A DNA stretch of 63,365 nt, filler included, from Globobulimina sp. (GCA_003354225.1; 34 parts of 34 records of this genome joined end to end with filler, not necessarily neighbours in it); one strand, 5' to 3'; shown: positions 48,777-61,600, numbered from the whole stretch's first letter. The notes: generated by a model not told the origin, from the sequence alone. Numbers and translations: made by a program.

Positions 48777-50310
48777 TTAAAAGTCATCACATATGACCCG
48801 ATACACATAATAATCAGCAACGGTAAATTCGCCACACCACCGCGTCGTCCGCTCACTCTCCACCGATTCATCCGTATCATGACTACTCCCTTCATCCACA
48901 TTACTCTTATCACACATTTCAACATCATTGCCAAATTCCGGCCCATCATAATACTCAATACGCCCATCAAATTTCGGCCCATCAAATTTCGCCGATATAT
49001 CCGTACCATCATAATACTTAATACGCGCCAAACTCCCTTCATTCACATTACACTCATCACAAATTTTAACATCTTCTCCAAATTTCGGCCCATGCTCCAA
49101 ACCGCCACACATTGCATTGCCTCGATACTGTTCTTTACATTCATACAAATGCGGAGGATCAAGCGTTTCCCCATCCAATCTAATCTCAAATAAAAACGAT
49201 CGCTCCGCCTCAAATAAAAACGTCGTCTTCATTCTCGTAAACCGCCCACTCGTATAACCACCAAATAATATCTGCTCTGGATTTGCGTTTGTTTTTATTA
49301 TAGTGATGGTCGGGCCGTATCCATCGCACATTTCATGGAATTTGGCGGCAGAATAACCACATTGCGATGCTTGAAATAATAATTCAAATTCCAACCACTG
49401 CTCTCCCAATGATTTGCATAATGCATTATATAAAAGAACATCCTCTCTCAATGTCATCATATTACAGCCGCCACGTATAGGGAATGAATTTACTGATTTA
49501 TAACATGTTGACGCAATATGACGATTGCATGCGCAATATGACGCGATGAGGCTGTTGATATATTCGGTAGGCTCATAGGCCAAATCTCTCACAAATCCAG
49601 CTACGATCACTAAGGTTGGTGGCGACGATCCCGTGGCAATTTCCTGTTCATACACCCAATCAACAGAATAATCCTTTATCTCTTCAACAATTAGGTCATA
49701 TTTATCCTTTGGCATTTTATTCTTTGACATTTTATTCTCATTCCCCCTAATACGAACTTTTTCCATTTGTTTCTCGTCCCATAGGTCCAAACCCGTTACA
49801 CCTTTTGTTTTACGTCGGACACATATTACAACAGCATCAAATGTTTTAAATATTGCGTTTCTTAATACCTTAGAAATTATCTTTTTATCCGATTTATATC
49901 TTTTCATTTTACTCAATTTATTCAATATCGCACCCGTGTCAATCTGCTTCGGTCTCCACAACTTAAACAATTTGCTTTCCACTTCTTTTGCCGCCTTTTT
50001 GCGACTTAAAAAATCAAAACCGAATAATCTTTTCTCCATTAAATCGAATAATCTTTCCGCGGTCGGTCTGTCTTCGGGCTCCAATTCGATTAAATTAAAT
50101 ATTAAGTCTTGTTGCCATTGGACGCAATGATTTTTTTCTAGCTTCTCACGTATTTTTTCTTTTTCTTTTTTAATATATTGCTTATACCTATCTACCGAAG
50201 CGAAGATCATCGGATTCTCAAAAATAACCTTCCATAATGCGATCCATACCACGCCAACAGACCACATATCGGTGGGCGTACCATATTTGCCGGCAACCGC
50301 TGGGTCGATA
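48777..50310 (-). CDS. Protein kinase C-lobe fused to TLDc domain, 5'-truncated
   Basis: DMWSVGVV, PEDRPTA; LLFQASQCGYSAAKFHEMCDGYGPTITIIKT, LFGGYTS, SFLF, HGPKFG. Confidence 0.88.
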
Positions 50311-50410
50311 NNNNNNNNNNNNNNNNNNNNNNNNNNNNNNNNNNNNNNNNNNNNTTAATTAATTAANNNNNNNNNNNNNNNNNNNNNNNNNNNNNNNNNN
50401 NNNNNNNNNN

Positions 50411-50661
50411 CTTCTTATTAAATGGATCATATCATTCAAGTAATGGCCATACAGACTTTTAATGAAATGCAAAAAAGTCAATTGTCCCTCTTTGCTTTCT
50501 TTCGTATTCGAATTCATCAATGCATAATATTTCAGCGCATAAATGATACGATTCACTGCTTCGCACTTATTCAGGTTTGGGTTATCTTCATCGCATTCTT
50601 CTGTACTTTCAAAGATGGCAAAATCAATCGCATGTTTACTCTTCTTCTCGTCTGAATTCAT
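50411..50661 (-). CDS. N-terminus of a lineage-expanded family protein
   Basis: CEAVNRIIYALKYY...YLNDMIHLI, comparable to LMKVFVHIQKYH at about 15380. Confidence 0.5.
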
Positions 50662-50810
50662 CTTATTTTGTAGCTGCTGAGCTACTTTGAAGTTGAACAG
50701 ATGTTTTTTGTTTAAAATTAATGTGCAATAAAAAAAAATAGGAGAAAAAAAGGAAAACAAATCAACAAATTAAATAAATAAAAGTTTGTCTATCACATAT
50801 TTTTTTAATT

Positions 50811-52175
50811 TTATTTGTTAGCTAATTTTTTTGCAAAATTCTTTCCCAAAATATCCATAAATTCAACAGTTTCGATATAATGCTCTCTCTGTAAATCTTT
50901 GCCATGAATACAAAGTGCTAAATTTTTGGTCAGATGCATACTTCTTCCAATTTCACACAAAAATCGCTCAGTTTACTATTTGAATCTAAATTTGCTCTAT
51001 GTTTTAATCCTCGCGTCCATGCAAATATCGATGCGATTGGATTCGTCGACGTTTCCTGTCATTTTTGCCAGAATCTCCAATGACGAGTAACTGTACCATG
51101 CGCGGCCTCTGCTTCTTGAATCTGGCCATCCGGTGTCATTAAAACAGACGTCATTAAGCCCAAACTCCCATAGCCCTGAGCTAAAATATCAGATTGAACA
51201 TCGCCATCATAATTCTTACACGCCTTACAACAAAAAAACACACAAAGCACAACATTACGACATGGCACCTCACTAAAAAGTTTTTCACTAACAACATTTT
51301 AAATGTTTTAAAAGACTTAAAACATTTCTCGGTATATATATATCTAAAAGAAATTTCAAGAAATATAAATAAAAGCATACCCAAACAAAAGCACCATCCG
51401 ACTTTAAAACCTGTGCAACCATATCATCGATCAATCGATGTTCGTACCAAATGCCTAAATTATCAAACTCCGTCGAATATTTATCATCGAATACCTCTTG
51501 AAACGTATCCATAAATAACCCGTCATATCTCTTTAAAATAGTATTTTTTGTGGATAAGTAAACCGGCCATTTCTTATATAAACCATATTGGAAACACGAA
51601 TGTGCAAAACCCTCAATACTTTCCCTCGTATTATACATTCCCATTCCACAGCCACCGTCTTTTGGATACGACTCAAAAACGGTCCATTCCATCTCTTTCG
51701 AACTAGCGTCATTCGGTATGAATTTCATTATAAATTTGCCTGTATATCGCACAAAAACAAATGCATTACATTTCAATTTCCGCGATTGCTAAAAAAAAAA
51801 AACATTTTTTTTTAGGGGTTAACCTGGTTCGGTTACAACAAAATCTGTGGCGCGATATTGATCGCCGAAGGCATGTCTCCCACAAACGATTGGTTTCGAC
51901 CATCCGGGTACTAATCGGGGAATATTTTTGCACAAAATAGGTTCTCTGAAAACAGTGCCATTTAATATGTTCCGTATGGTGCCATTGGGCGACTTCCACA
52001 TTTTCTTTAATTTGAACTCTTCCACTCTTTGTTGGTCGGGTGTAATGGTCGCACATTTTATGCCCACGCCGCAATCTTGAATGGCATACGCTGAGTCCAC
52101 GGTTATTTTATCGTTGGTCTGATCGCGAGATTCGACGCTTAAGTCGAAATAATCGATATTAATATCTAAATACGG
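50811..52175 (-). pseudogene. IDH: NADP-dependent isocitrate dehydrogenase pseudogene
   Basis: [57 protein letters not shown]; introns 51740-51823 and 51224-51380; TGA at 51059-51061; frameshifting deletion near 50933. Confidence 0.92.
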
Positions 52176-52275
52176 NNNNNNNNNNNNNNNNNNNNNNNNN
52201 NNNNNNNNNNNNNNNNNNNTTAATTAATTAANNNNNNNNNNNNNNNNNNNNNNNNNNNNNNNNNNNNNNNNNNNN

Positions 52276-54040
52276 CAATTCCATACAAAAATGTCGCACC
52301 ACAATCACTTGTTACACTCAATAATTTATATTTTAATTCCTCATTTTCCACATTATTCTCAATAATATTTAGTATTTCTTTCATAATTTTATAGCCCGCA
52401 TCCCTTGTATTGTTTGCCCAAAATAATATGTCTTGTTCGCATATTAATTTTACTAAAATACGCTCATTATCACTTCGTTTAAAATAATTGAATATTTGCA
52501 ATGCGAATCGAGCATTTACATTATTGCACGCATATTGCAACACAGTGGTGGCAGTTTGACATTCTTTGTGTGATAATAATTTATATTTATCTGCCACGCT
52601 CAACACCGGATTGCTAAATATATGGCCGACAGCTTCCACACTCCATTTGTCACTATTTTGGCATAATTGCATTAACGGCGTGGTTCTGTCAAACATATAA
52701 CGCGATAAACATTTCATCATCGAACCTCTGTCATACTTTATATAATCCAAAACTTGTAAAACCATTTGTTTCTCCGGATTGCTCTCTGTATAACACAACA
52801 TATCAAAGGCCGTTGCTTGTGGTGATCCAAATACATTGCCCAATAATTTTAATTTGAATTTATCACAAAACATATTACAATTTAAAATAAAGTTTAATGA
52901 TTTCATTTCATTTCTTTTTGACGCACAAAGTGAACCCAATAATCGTTGGTTGTCATCGTCATAGGATTGCATTGTTAAAAATTGCTGCAAATATTCTTTA
53001 TTATTTGTAAAATGATGAAATACCGCATAACGAATATCGTCTTTTAAATGCCATAATGTGACAGTGTCATTTTTTTCTGTTGGCGTTACTAACTTAAATA
53101 TTTTCGCGTCGTCTTTTTTAAAATAATTTATTAATTCAATGCCGCATTTTGTATTTGAATCATATAACACATTTCTTTTGCTTTTATTTTTTACTGAAAT
53201 GATTTTAAATTTATCTGCAAATAATAATATTTTGTTATTTAGCAACAGTGTTGACAATAATTTGCAACTTTTATCGATATTGCGATGTTTTGTGACATGA
53301 TGCAAAGCAGTATTACCATATTTATCTGTGGATAGTAATAATTTGATTAAAATATCTTTGTTATTACCAATACGAGACAATAATTGTTGGATTGTTTCCA
53401 ATTTCATAAAATGGCAGCATTCAACAAATGGATTCGTAGTATATTGTTCTGTGTCGTTTTTGATTGCATTTTGTTGTGCCATTTCATTTTGTTTTTGTCT
53501 CCGTTGAGCATTGACACAGTCGATACACACAACATAGCCGCCATTTGCATGTTGCATGGATCTGCCGCAATAAATAAAGCGTCCTCTATTTTTGCAATGG
53601 TATATTTGCGCTCGTTTCAAAGCATTACATTTGTTGCAAGTCACTGTTCCTTGCATTCTGTTAAGCATTCTCGCATTGGTTTGGTGTGGAACCCATCCAC
53701 AGATACACCGCACGGTCGTATTGATCCTCACAGACGGCTTACTTTCATTACTTTCATTATTTTCATCTAAAAAGGAAAAATCTATTTTTTTATCATCACC
53801 AAATAATTCCTTATCAAATCTCAAATAATCACTCCATATTTTTATTAAATTTGTTTGTATTTCGTCATTGTTTTGCATGGCAACATTAAAAATGGTTTGA
53901 TTTTTGCCATTTTTATGCGTTAATAAATCTGAAATAAGTTTATTATCATTCACCATTTGCAAACATTGTAATATCTTTGCGAATATTCCTCTTTTTTTGA
54001 CAGCAGCCATCAAAAAAGTGTCCCCGCCGCTGGTTGCTTG
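52276..54040 (-). CDS. Ankyrin-like repeat protein with inserted Cys/His zinc-finger-like domain (internal fragment)
   Basis: DKYGNTALHH, TTPLMQLC, TTVLQYAC, GATFL; CICG..CNKC..YHC..H.GGYVVCIDC. Confidence 0.75.
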
Positions 54041-54142
54041 NNNNNNNNNNNNNNNNNNNNNNNNNNNNNNNNNNNNNNNNNNNNTTAATTAATTAANNNN
54101 NNNNNNNNNNNNNNNNNNNNNNNNNNNNNNNNNNNNNNNNGC

Positions 54143-54313
54143 AAAGTTTTCAAACCAACCGTTTGTCATGTAAATGTGGAAAATATTCTTTTTTTTAACT
54201 ATAACAATAAGCGCGAGCCAGAAAATATTTTTCTTGGTTACAAGAAGAAATTTATTCCTATAACATTAAATGATACTGAGATATTCAAAAGGATAGCCAC
54301 TAAGTGCATCTAA
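54143..54313 (+). CDS. 3' end of a hypothetical ORF
   Basis: 56 open codons from the contig edge (KVFKPTVCHV...RIATKCI*). Confidence 0.4.
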   Translation, partial: KVFKPTVCHVNVENILFFNYNNKREPENIFLGYKKKFIPITLNDTEIFKRIATKCI

Positions 54314-54387
54314 TTTCTTCAGCTCATCTCGATAATGTTTAGTGAATCTTATTTAAATGCTGTGATTATTTTCTTTTGATATAAAAC

Positions 54388-55088
54388 ATGAAGCTGATTG
54401 CTTTAGAAGGAAGTATTGGGTAAAGTTTTACTTTTATATATTTTACAAACAAAAAAATCTCTTTTTTTTTAGTGTGGGCAAAAGCGTCCTTCTAGAGGGG
54501 CTAAAGGGGAAACTATCCCCCAATGCTGAAATATTTTTAGAGCCAGTAGAGTGCTGGCGTAATTTAGAATGGAAGGGAAGAAGGTTTAATCCGTTGGGTG
54601 ATTTCTATCAGGATAATTACCTATTCCAACTACAAATATATATACAGAGCACCTTTGCTAGGAGGTTGTTTCTCATATACAATAAGGCAAAAAAAGAAGG
54701 GAAGAAGGTTCTCATCACAGAAAGACGACTCTGTTCTTCGGTTGATTTTTTTGCCTCACTCGCATTGAGAGCAAACAGACTATCGGAGAAAGATTATGCA
54801 ATTTTAGACTATAACATGGAAACCTATAGAAAGCTGTTTCCTCAACTATTTTCCTACAATGCAATCTTTTATCTTTCTTGCGAACCCTCGGTCTGTCTTA
54901 ATCGTATAAAAGAGCGCGGTAGAGAAGAAGAGCAAAATATCTCGCCCAAATATTTATTTGAACTTGATCAAATATATACTAAGTGGTTCAACAATAACAA
55001 TACAAGCGTGACAAAAGTGGATGCGAACAAAAACAAAGAAGTACTGATCAATTGCCTTAGCGAATCAATCCATCAATTCTATCAATGA
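54388..55088 (+). CDS. Deoxynucleoside (thymidine) kinase; intron 54420-54472
   Basis: Splicing gives MKLIALEGSIGVGKS; then EPVECW, FQLQ, ITERR, YLSCEPSVCLNRIKERGREEE, YLFELD. Confidence 0.92.
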
Positions 55089-55905
55089 AAGGTGGGAAGC
55101 ATTTTGTACAAGGAGAAAACTTGTTTTTACATTCGCAATAAATTCTAACATATTCTTCTATTTTCTTAAACCAATCGTGAAATTCTGCGCTAATATTAAA
55201 TTTATCGCTAGACTTTCTAACATTGTCCTTATATACGTCAAGACATTTTGATGCAAAAAAAATAATTCTCGTATGTATGCAGTAAAATGCCCCATTTTCA
55301 CCCCCAAAAATGGCATAATAATTGTATGAATAATGACGACAAAATGACCCATCCTTTATTATGCTCACTAAGAGTTCTTCAGAATTGGCAAATTTCTCCA
55401 TCATACAATTGTTTGCTCGCAAATGTTTACCAGCGATGGGGATTGTTTGCAGAACTTTTTGTAAAATTTTATCAAATTCGCACGTTATTGGATCCATTCC
55501 AGGGGCCGGCACAAGCCTGCTTATCTGAACTGTTGGAGTTCCGGCATCATCCACCGCTCTGTACATATCGGCAGTGTCGTAAAATAGAAGATATCTATCC
55601 TCTCTACCCAACTTGTCCGTCAGTAGTACACCAATTCTACTCCTATATTCGTCTCCTTTTATACACAAATAATATTTATCCTTTCCAAAGGAAGCCACGA
55701 GTCCCTGTTCATATTTCAAGTAGTTGAAAGTATTAAAATATTTTTCAGCATAATTGTCAAAATATACAAACTCCAAAGTATCGGGGAAATGTATCGAATG
55801 GTGTTCTAACATTTTAGCAATATCGACTGATAAAATCAGCTCCCTGTCAAACGCTCTTTGGTTCATTATTGGCCGTATGAGTTTAGAAGGTAGTGGTAAT
55901 AGAGA
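55057..55905 (-). CDS. Orphan protein overlapping the kinase 3' end by 32 nt, probably 5'-partial
   Basis: Frame open from the contig edge (SLLPLPSKLIRPIMNQ...); CEC....PC..C near the C-terminus. Confidence 0.65.
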   Translation of the reverse strand, partial: SLLPLPSKLIRPIMNQRAFDRELILSVDIAKMLEHHSIHFPDTLEFVYFDNYAEKYFNTFNYLKYEQGLVASFGKDKYYLCIKGDEYRSRIGVLLTDKLGREDRYLLFYDTADMYRAVDDAGTPTVQISRLVPAPGMDPITCEFDKILQKVLQTIPIAGKHLRANNCMMEKFANSEELLVSIIKDGSFCRHYSYNYYAIFGGENGAFYCIHTRIIFFASKCLDVYKDNVRKSSDKFNISAEFHDWFKKIEEYVRIYCECKNKFSPCTKCFPPFIDRIDGLIR

Positions 55906-56005
55906 NNNNNNNNNNNNNNNNNNNNNNNNNNNNNNNNNNNNNNNNNNNNTTAATTAATTAANNNNNNNNNNNNNNNNNNNNNNNNNNNNNNNNNNNNNNN
56001 NNNNN

Positions 56006-57770
56006 AAACTTTCTAAAGGCATATGTGTTGGTAGGGCATATCAACGCGATTCATGTATTTTAGCTGATTCCGTAGATTTGGGAATTGCAGTAGCGGCTAT
56101 GTTGAAAGAAGAAGGACAATGCAGTAAACAACTGCATACACTATTCGAGAGAAGTGAACAAAACCAAAGGAGAAATAAATTACATAGTCGAGTATTACAA
56201 TGTACGGTAGGCTGTGATGTACCCATGTCGAAACCTGTTGAACAATATTACGGGCTAGTTGCTAGACTATCGGCACCTTCTACGGAAGAGAGTAATTTTG
56301 ATGACCTACCAACCCAAAATCGAAGAAGAGCGAATAGCGTTAATGTGCCTGTTCTGGTATCGCCAGTTCCTTCTTCGGAAGAGACCGATTATGATGACCT
56401 ATCAATACGAAAGCGAAAGCGAATAAAAAGTGTTAATGTGCCTATATTAGCACTACCAGATTTTCCTGAAGTTGATGGTGTGCCCACCAAACCTGATGAG
56501 TTTGAGAGACAGGCAAAACCAATGACTGACTATTTTCCCGAAGTAGAACCCGATGATGAGGATTTATTAGGAGATATAGATGAAGGCTCACCATTAGAGT
56601 ATGTACTACCTAAAGAGAAAAATGAATTAGGGGGTGTAGCAGATCCAGCCGACGAATGGGGAAAGGATGATAATGAACAAAAAGTTAGTCAAATGGTACA
56701 AATAGATAAAAAGCTGTCGGATGAGAAAAAACATACATTGCATGAACTTATTGACCGAAACAGCGATGTATTTGCACGTACTAAGAAAGATCTTACTATT
56801 ACACCTATGGTAGAACATGAGATTCCATTAACTACTGATGTACCTACTAAAGTACCACCATTTAAAGTGCCACATAGATATCACGAGTGGTTACGGGCGG
56901 AAATTAAAAATCTCCTAAATTTAGGGTTGATTAGCCACTCCAGCGCTCCATATAGTGCTCCCGTCGTAGTAGTGGAGAAAAAGGGAACAGGGAAGCTAAG
57001 ACTCTGTTGCGATTATAGAAAATTAAATGGAATCACGGTTAAAAATAGCTTCCCGCTACCGACATGTGACTCAGTATTTCCATTATTACACGGTAAACGG
57101 TATTTGACAACAATTGACTTGCAAAGCGCATATTGGCAAGTGCTAATTAGAGCAGTGGATCGCTCTAAGACAAGTTTCGCCACACCCTGGGGTCTATATC
57201 AATGGAACATTCTAGCATTCGGCCTTACATCCGCGCCAGCCACATTCCAGAAGCTGATGCAAGCGGTTTTCGGTGACATTATCGGAAAGGACGTTTTTTG
57301 CTATTTAGATGACATTTTAATCGCGACTGAAACCTTTCAGGAGCATATTACAGTGTTAGACCAAGTATTCGAACGGTTGAGAACAGCTAATTTAAAGGCA
57401 TCAGCGACTAAATCATTTCTTTGTAGACAGGAAGTTGCCTTTCTAGGTCATGTGCTAACACCAAAAGGGTGTTTCCCTAATCCCAAAGCAGTAGAGACAA
57501 TTGACAAAATGTTGCCGCCTAAAACAGTGACCAATTTGAGAGGGTTTATTGGACACGTAAATTTTTTCAGGAAATATATCAAGAATCATGCGCAACTAAT
57601 GGAACCATTGAATAAATTGCTTAGAGGAGGGAAAAAGAAGAAAGATAGCATTGTGGCCGATTGGGGACCTGAACAACAAGAAGCTTTTCAGAAAGCTAAG
57701 GAACACCTAAAGTCAAAACCCATTTTGGTATACCCCAAGATACACAAAGATTTTACGCTATTCACAGATG
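56006..57770 (+). mobile_element. Ty3/Gypsy LTR retrotransposon pol (RT and start of RNase H)
   Basis: SAPYSAPVVVV, LRLCCDYRKLN, IDLQSAYWQ, FGLTSAPATFQ, YLDD, FTLFTD; 93-nt tandem duplication at about 56271-56450. Confidence 0.97.
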
Positions 57771-59735
57771 NNNNNNNNNNNNNNNNNNNNNNNNNNNNNN
57801 NNNNNNNNNNNNNNTTAATTAATTAANNNNNNNNNNNNNNNNNNNNNNNNNNNNNNNNNNNNNNNNNNNNGGGTAGGCGATCGTTTCTAGAAACACTTTT
57901 CTATAATCGATCAACTCGGAGTTCAAAGAATCTGACAACTTTGTTCTTCGTGGATAAACCCGAAAGAAGTCAGACTTTTGTTGAGAAATGAATGGTCAAT
58001 CTATTGTAGAGTTCAATTCTCTACCATTTCAAAAGTATGTTTTTATTTGAATATTTTGTGAGATTAGTTTCATTTTAATAGCACCTGTTTAGAACAATTA
58101 ACAATCATTAAAATATCATTCAAAACAATTTAAGAAAAATAAAACATGATAAATTATTTTATTTAATCAGAGGATTTGCGTATTTTTTTTCACGATGAAT
58201 TAAATCAATGTGGTAATGACAGACATTTTATCATCAAATAATAACAGAAAAAGCAACCAACAAAGACATACCAATAATATCATTCCATTCCTTTCGAACT
58301 TTCTAGATATTTAATAAATAAAAATATAAGTTGATATGCAAAAATATTGCAGGCATCAATATAAATATAAATTGAAATAGAAATCAGAATTTGTAGTTTC
58401 ATGAGTTGTTAACATCATTTTTGTTATTTTTGATTCAATTGCTAACAATCAGAGTGAGCTGGGAACTCAAAATATATCTCATCACAATCACAAATATCAA
58501 AACAGACACATACCAATAATATTATTTATTATTTCTCCATTTGCTCATCGGGTACAAATAAGCCGCTGTTTTCAGTGCTATACACAACAAAAGAAACAAT
58601 TAATAACTAATATAAAAAAATGCGTATAAAAAATGTGAAGTAAACGTGTAGCAAATGAATGGATGTATTAACCATTCATTTTAATCGAACGTTTTTCTGT
58701 GGGTTTTATTTTAGATCGCGGAAAGAACGTAATTTACAACATTCAAAGTAAAAAACATTGGCAAATAAAAACGATCTGGAAAAATAAAAATAAAAATATA
58801 TTAATAGAAAAACATACGTTTCTCATTAAACGGATCCATAATATTTGCAAAATACAGCCGCTGTTTTCGGTGCTAAACACAAACAAAAAAATAAGTGAGT
58901 TTTATATGGATATAATAATGTTTGGCGATATGAGTATCCCTTTAACTCGATCTCATGAACAAAGTGAGAGTCCGAGTTAGCTTGAATACGCCACACAAAA
59001 TCTGTCAAGATTTGTTTCTATTTTCATAAAAAAACTTAATATCCGCCTGATTGGAGGATCGTTGCAAACGAATTGCTTTTTATCGCATCAACGGGCTGAA
59101 TACAGGCAGTTTTGTAGAAATATAATTGTATTTACTAAACTTTTGGATTGAATGTAGGTTGATAATGACAATAAATCTGTTAACAAAAAAAACATATATT
59201 TCTCAAATACAAAAATATATTAATTTAATAGAAAATGGTCAAAGATATATTTGTCAGACAGTACACAATGGATATTTCAACATTGTTCGTTCAGCTCATA
59301 TACGAATAAATAAATATTCATCATACAAAAATAATACAATATCCGCTAAAACATACCCTTTTTCATATAATAAGCCATTGCATCAATATCTCATTATTTG
59401 CTGATCGGTTCAATGCTATTTATTAATAATAAAAACATACGAAAATCAATAATAAACAATGCATTTAAAATAGAAATGTAAACAAATTGTGAATATTTAA
59501 TTAATATCAGACGAAGGTGAACAGTCAATATCATCATTGAGTCAGTCCTACCAACAAGGACAAGGATGACATGTTTTCATCATTAAACATTCCACAAATT
59601 ATTTATTAAAACATACCTCCATTCTTTCATTGCATNNNNNNNNNNNNNNNNNNNNNNNNNNNNNNNNNNNNNNNNNNNNTTAATTAATTAANNNNNNNNN
59701 NNNNNNNNNNNNNNNNNNNNNNNNNNNNNNNNNNN

Positions 59736-61500
59736 AATGCCGCCGTGTTTTTTGTTGCCATCCGGATAAGCTTCCAATGAGGACGCCAATATTGCTCCTT
59801 TGCCATAATGGTAATACGAGTTACATTCAATCACAATGGAACCGCCAGAACCTGAGCCAGCTAAATATTTTCCACGTTGCCCCAACGACATAATTCTGCC
59901 TTTATTATGAATAGAGCCGGCAATCACAATCACAATGCCACCACCACGGCCCCCGCGAGAATACAAATATTTGCCACCACCAGAACCACCACCACTGCCC
60001 ATATACGCCGATAAGTGCACGAATCTGTCACCATAATACCGGCCACCTTCGCCGCATTTCAGTATGGATGGGAAGTCTGATTTTGGTGTACTGCCTCGAC
60101 TGCCATAGCCGCCGCCTCCCGCATAATATCCACCGCCACCACCTCCAAAATTGCAGTATCGTGAGGTACGACCACATTTACCTACGCTGTCACCTTTTTT
60201 TTGTGTGTACAATAACTGTGTTATATCAATGCATAGATTTAAAACATGTACACAAATACCTTGGCATTGATAGGTCCATCCACCGCTATAACCGCAGCTA
60301 TCTGCATCCAACGTGGCATGTCTTTCAATAAATAATTCGCCGTAGACCTTCAATAACAACACGCCGCCATTTCCCGTGTCGTTATCAAAAGGAATTGTGG
60401 TCATTCTGCCAGTCCTTCGTACGCGAATATTGTCATATTCGTTAAACCCCTGCGCCGCATTCATTTTTTGGGGATGCCAGGTTTTATCCAAAATCAATGA
60501 TTTTACCTCTAAATTGCCACTCTCATCGGCTGGTTTCTCGCTTAATGGCATATAAAAAGACACGCAAAATACCAAAGACGTATTCACGTCACTCTCATTC
60601 GTGATATTCAGCTCATGTAAATAGCCCCAAATCAATTCCGTATACTTCTTTTTCGGCAGATTCACGTCATGTAATTCTTTGACACAGCTTGCGATATAAT
60701 TTGTATTCCGATGTATTACCGGCTCGCCTTTCTTTCTCCTTTTTCGTTTGGCCTTTTTCTCGTCGTTTGCGTCTATATCAGTTAAACCAAAGTAGGTCTC
60801 GCCAAATATAAACGCAATGACTTCATGTTTCAAGAAAGTTGGCAATGATTTTTTGACTCGATTCCATTCGTCGTCATCTCGCTGCAATCTGCTCGTTTTA
60901 TCCTCAGACGTCTCATCGTGCACTACCCATTTTGCTACGGCCGAAGGTAAATCATACTCAGTCTCTGACAAAAACTGTTCTACGCCGTAATGCACGATAT
61001 TTAATTGTTCATTGTCTAAACTGCAACCTCGGTCTTGTAATCCTGCCACAAATAGCAACTTTGTGGCGGCTGCATTCAAGCAAAATTCCCGCCCCATTTT
61101 CTTCTTAAAAGCAGCTGACAATTCACCTGTTTTATGAGTCAAATGCATGACATATTCAATATTTATGTATATACATAACAAAAAGACAAAAGCCGAACCT
61201 TCGTGAAACAATATAACCGATCTCATCTCATAGACATCATCGCGATTCAATTTCAAAATCCTCCTAATGCTGATCCCACACAATTGCTTCCATGTATTCA
61301 CTTTTCCATCCTCGTCATCATTGCTATCATCATCCAGCACATTGGGCACCTCATCATCTTTGATAATCGGCACCATATTATCGCCAATCACCGAGTCCAA
61401 ATCAGTCGCATCCATATTCCACGAGCTCTTATATCCATGTCGCGACGGAGAAAAGCCAGTAATTGACTTATTGCCAAACTCTGCAAAGGTCGGCGTATTC
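59736..61500 (-). CDS. Protein with Gly-rich C-terminal repeat domain; probable introns 61127-61198 and 60194-60259
   Basis: GGGGGY, MGSGGG, GGRGGGIVIV, GSGSGGSIVI; two AT-rich GT-AG segments read through in frame. Confidence 0.7.
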
Positions 61501-61600
61501 NNNNNNNNNNNNNNNNNNNNNNNNNNNNNNNNNNNNNNNNNNNNTTAATTAATTAANNNNNNNNNNNNNNNNNNNNNNNNNNNNNNNNNNNNNNNNNNNN

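Noticed and set aside
51059-51061. Stop-codon reassignment or selenocysteine explaining the in-frame TGA/TAA codons
   Set aside because: Intact genes here end at TGA, TAA and TAG; the IDH TGA replaces Gly and comes with a frameshifting deletion.
51789-51815. A-tract/T-tract hairpin inside the IDH intron
   Set aside because: Low-complexity homopolymers; not distinguishable from chance.
55877-55905. Plus-strand ORF start MSLEGSGNR
   Set aside because: It overlaps the open minus-strand frame that extends to the contig edge; too short to support.
54388-57770. Kinase captured by the Gypsy element
   Set aside because: They are separate contigs; adjacency results from length sorting.
1769-61600. 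Regularly spaced TTAATTAATTAA repeats and near-identical segment lengths (array, nanochromosomes or segmented genome)
   Set aside because: They are artificial linkers within N runs; contigs are simply length-sorted, cut genes mid-frame and have no telomeric ends.
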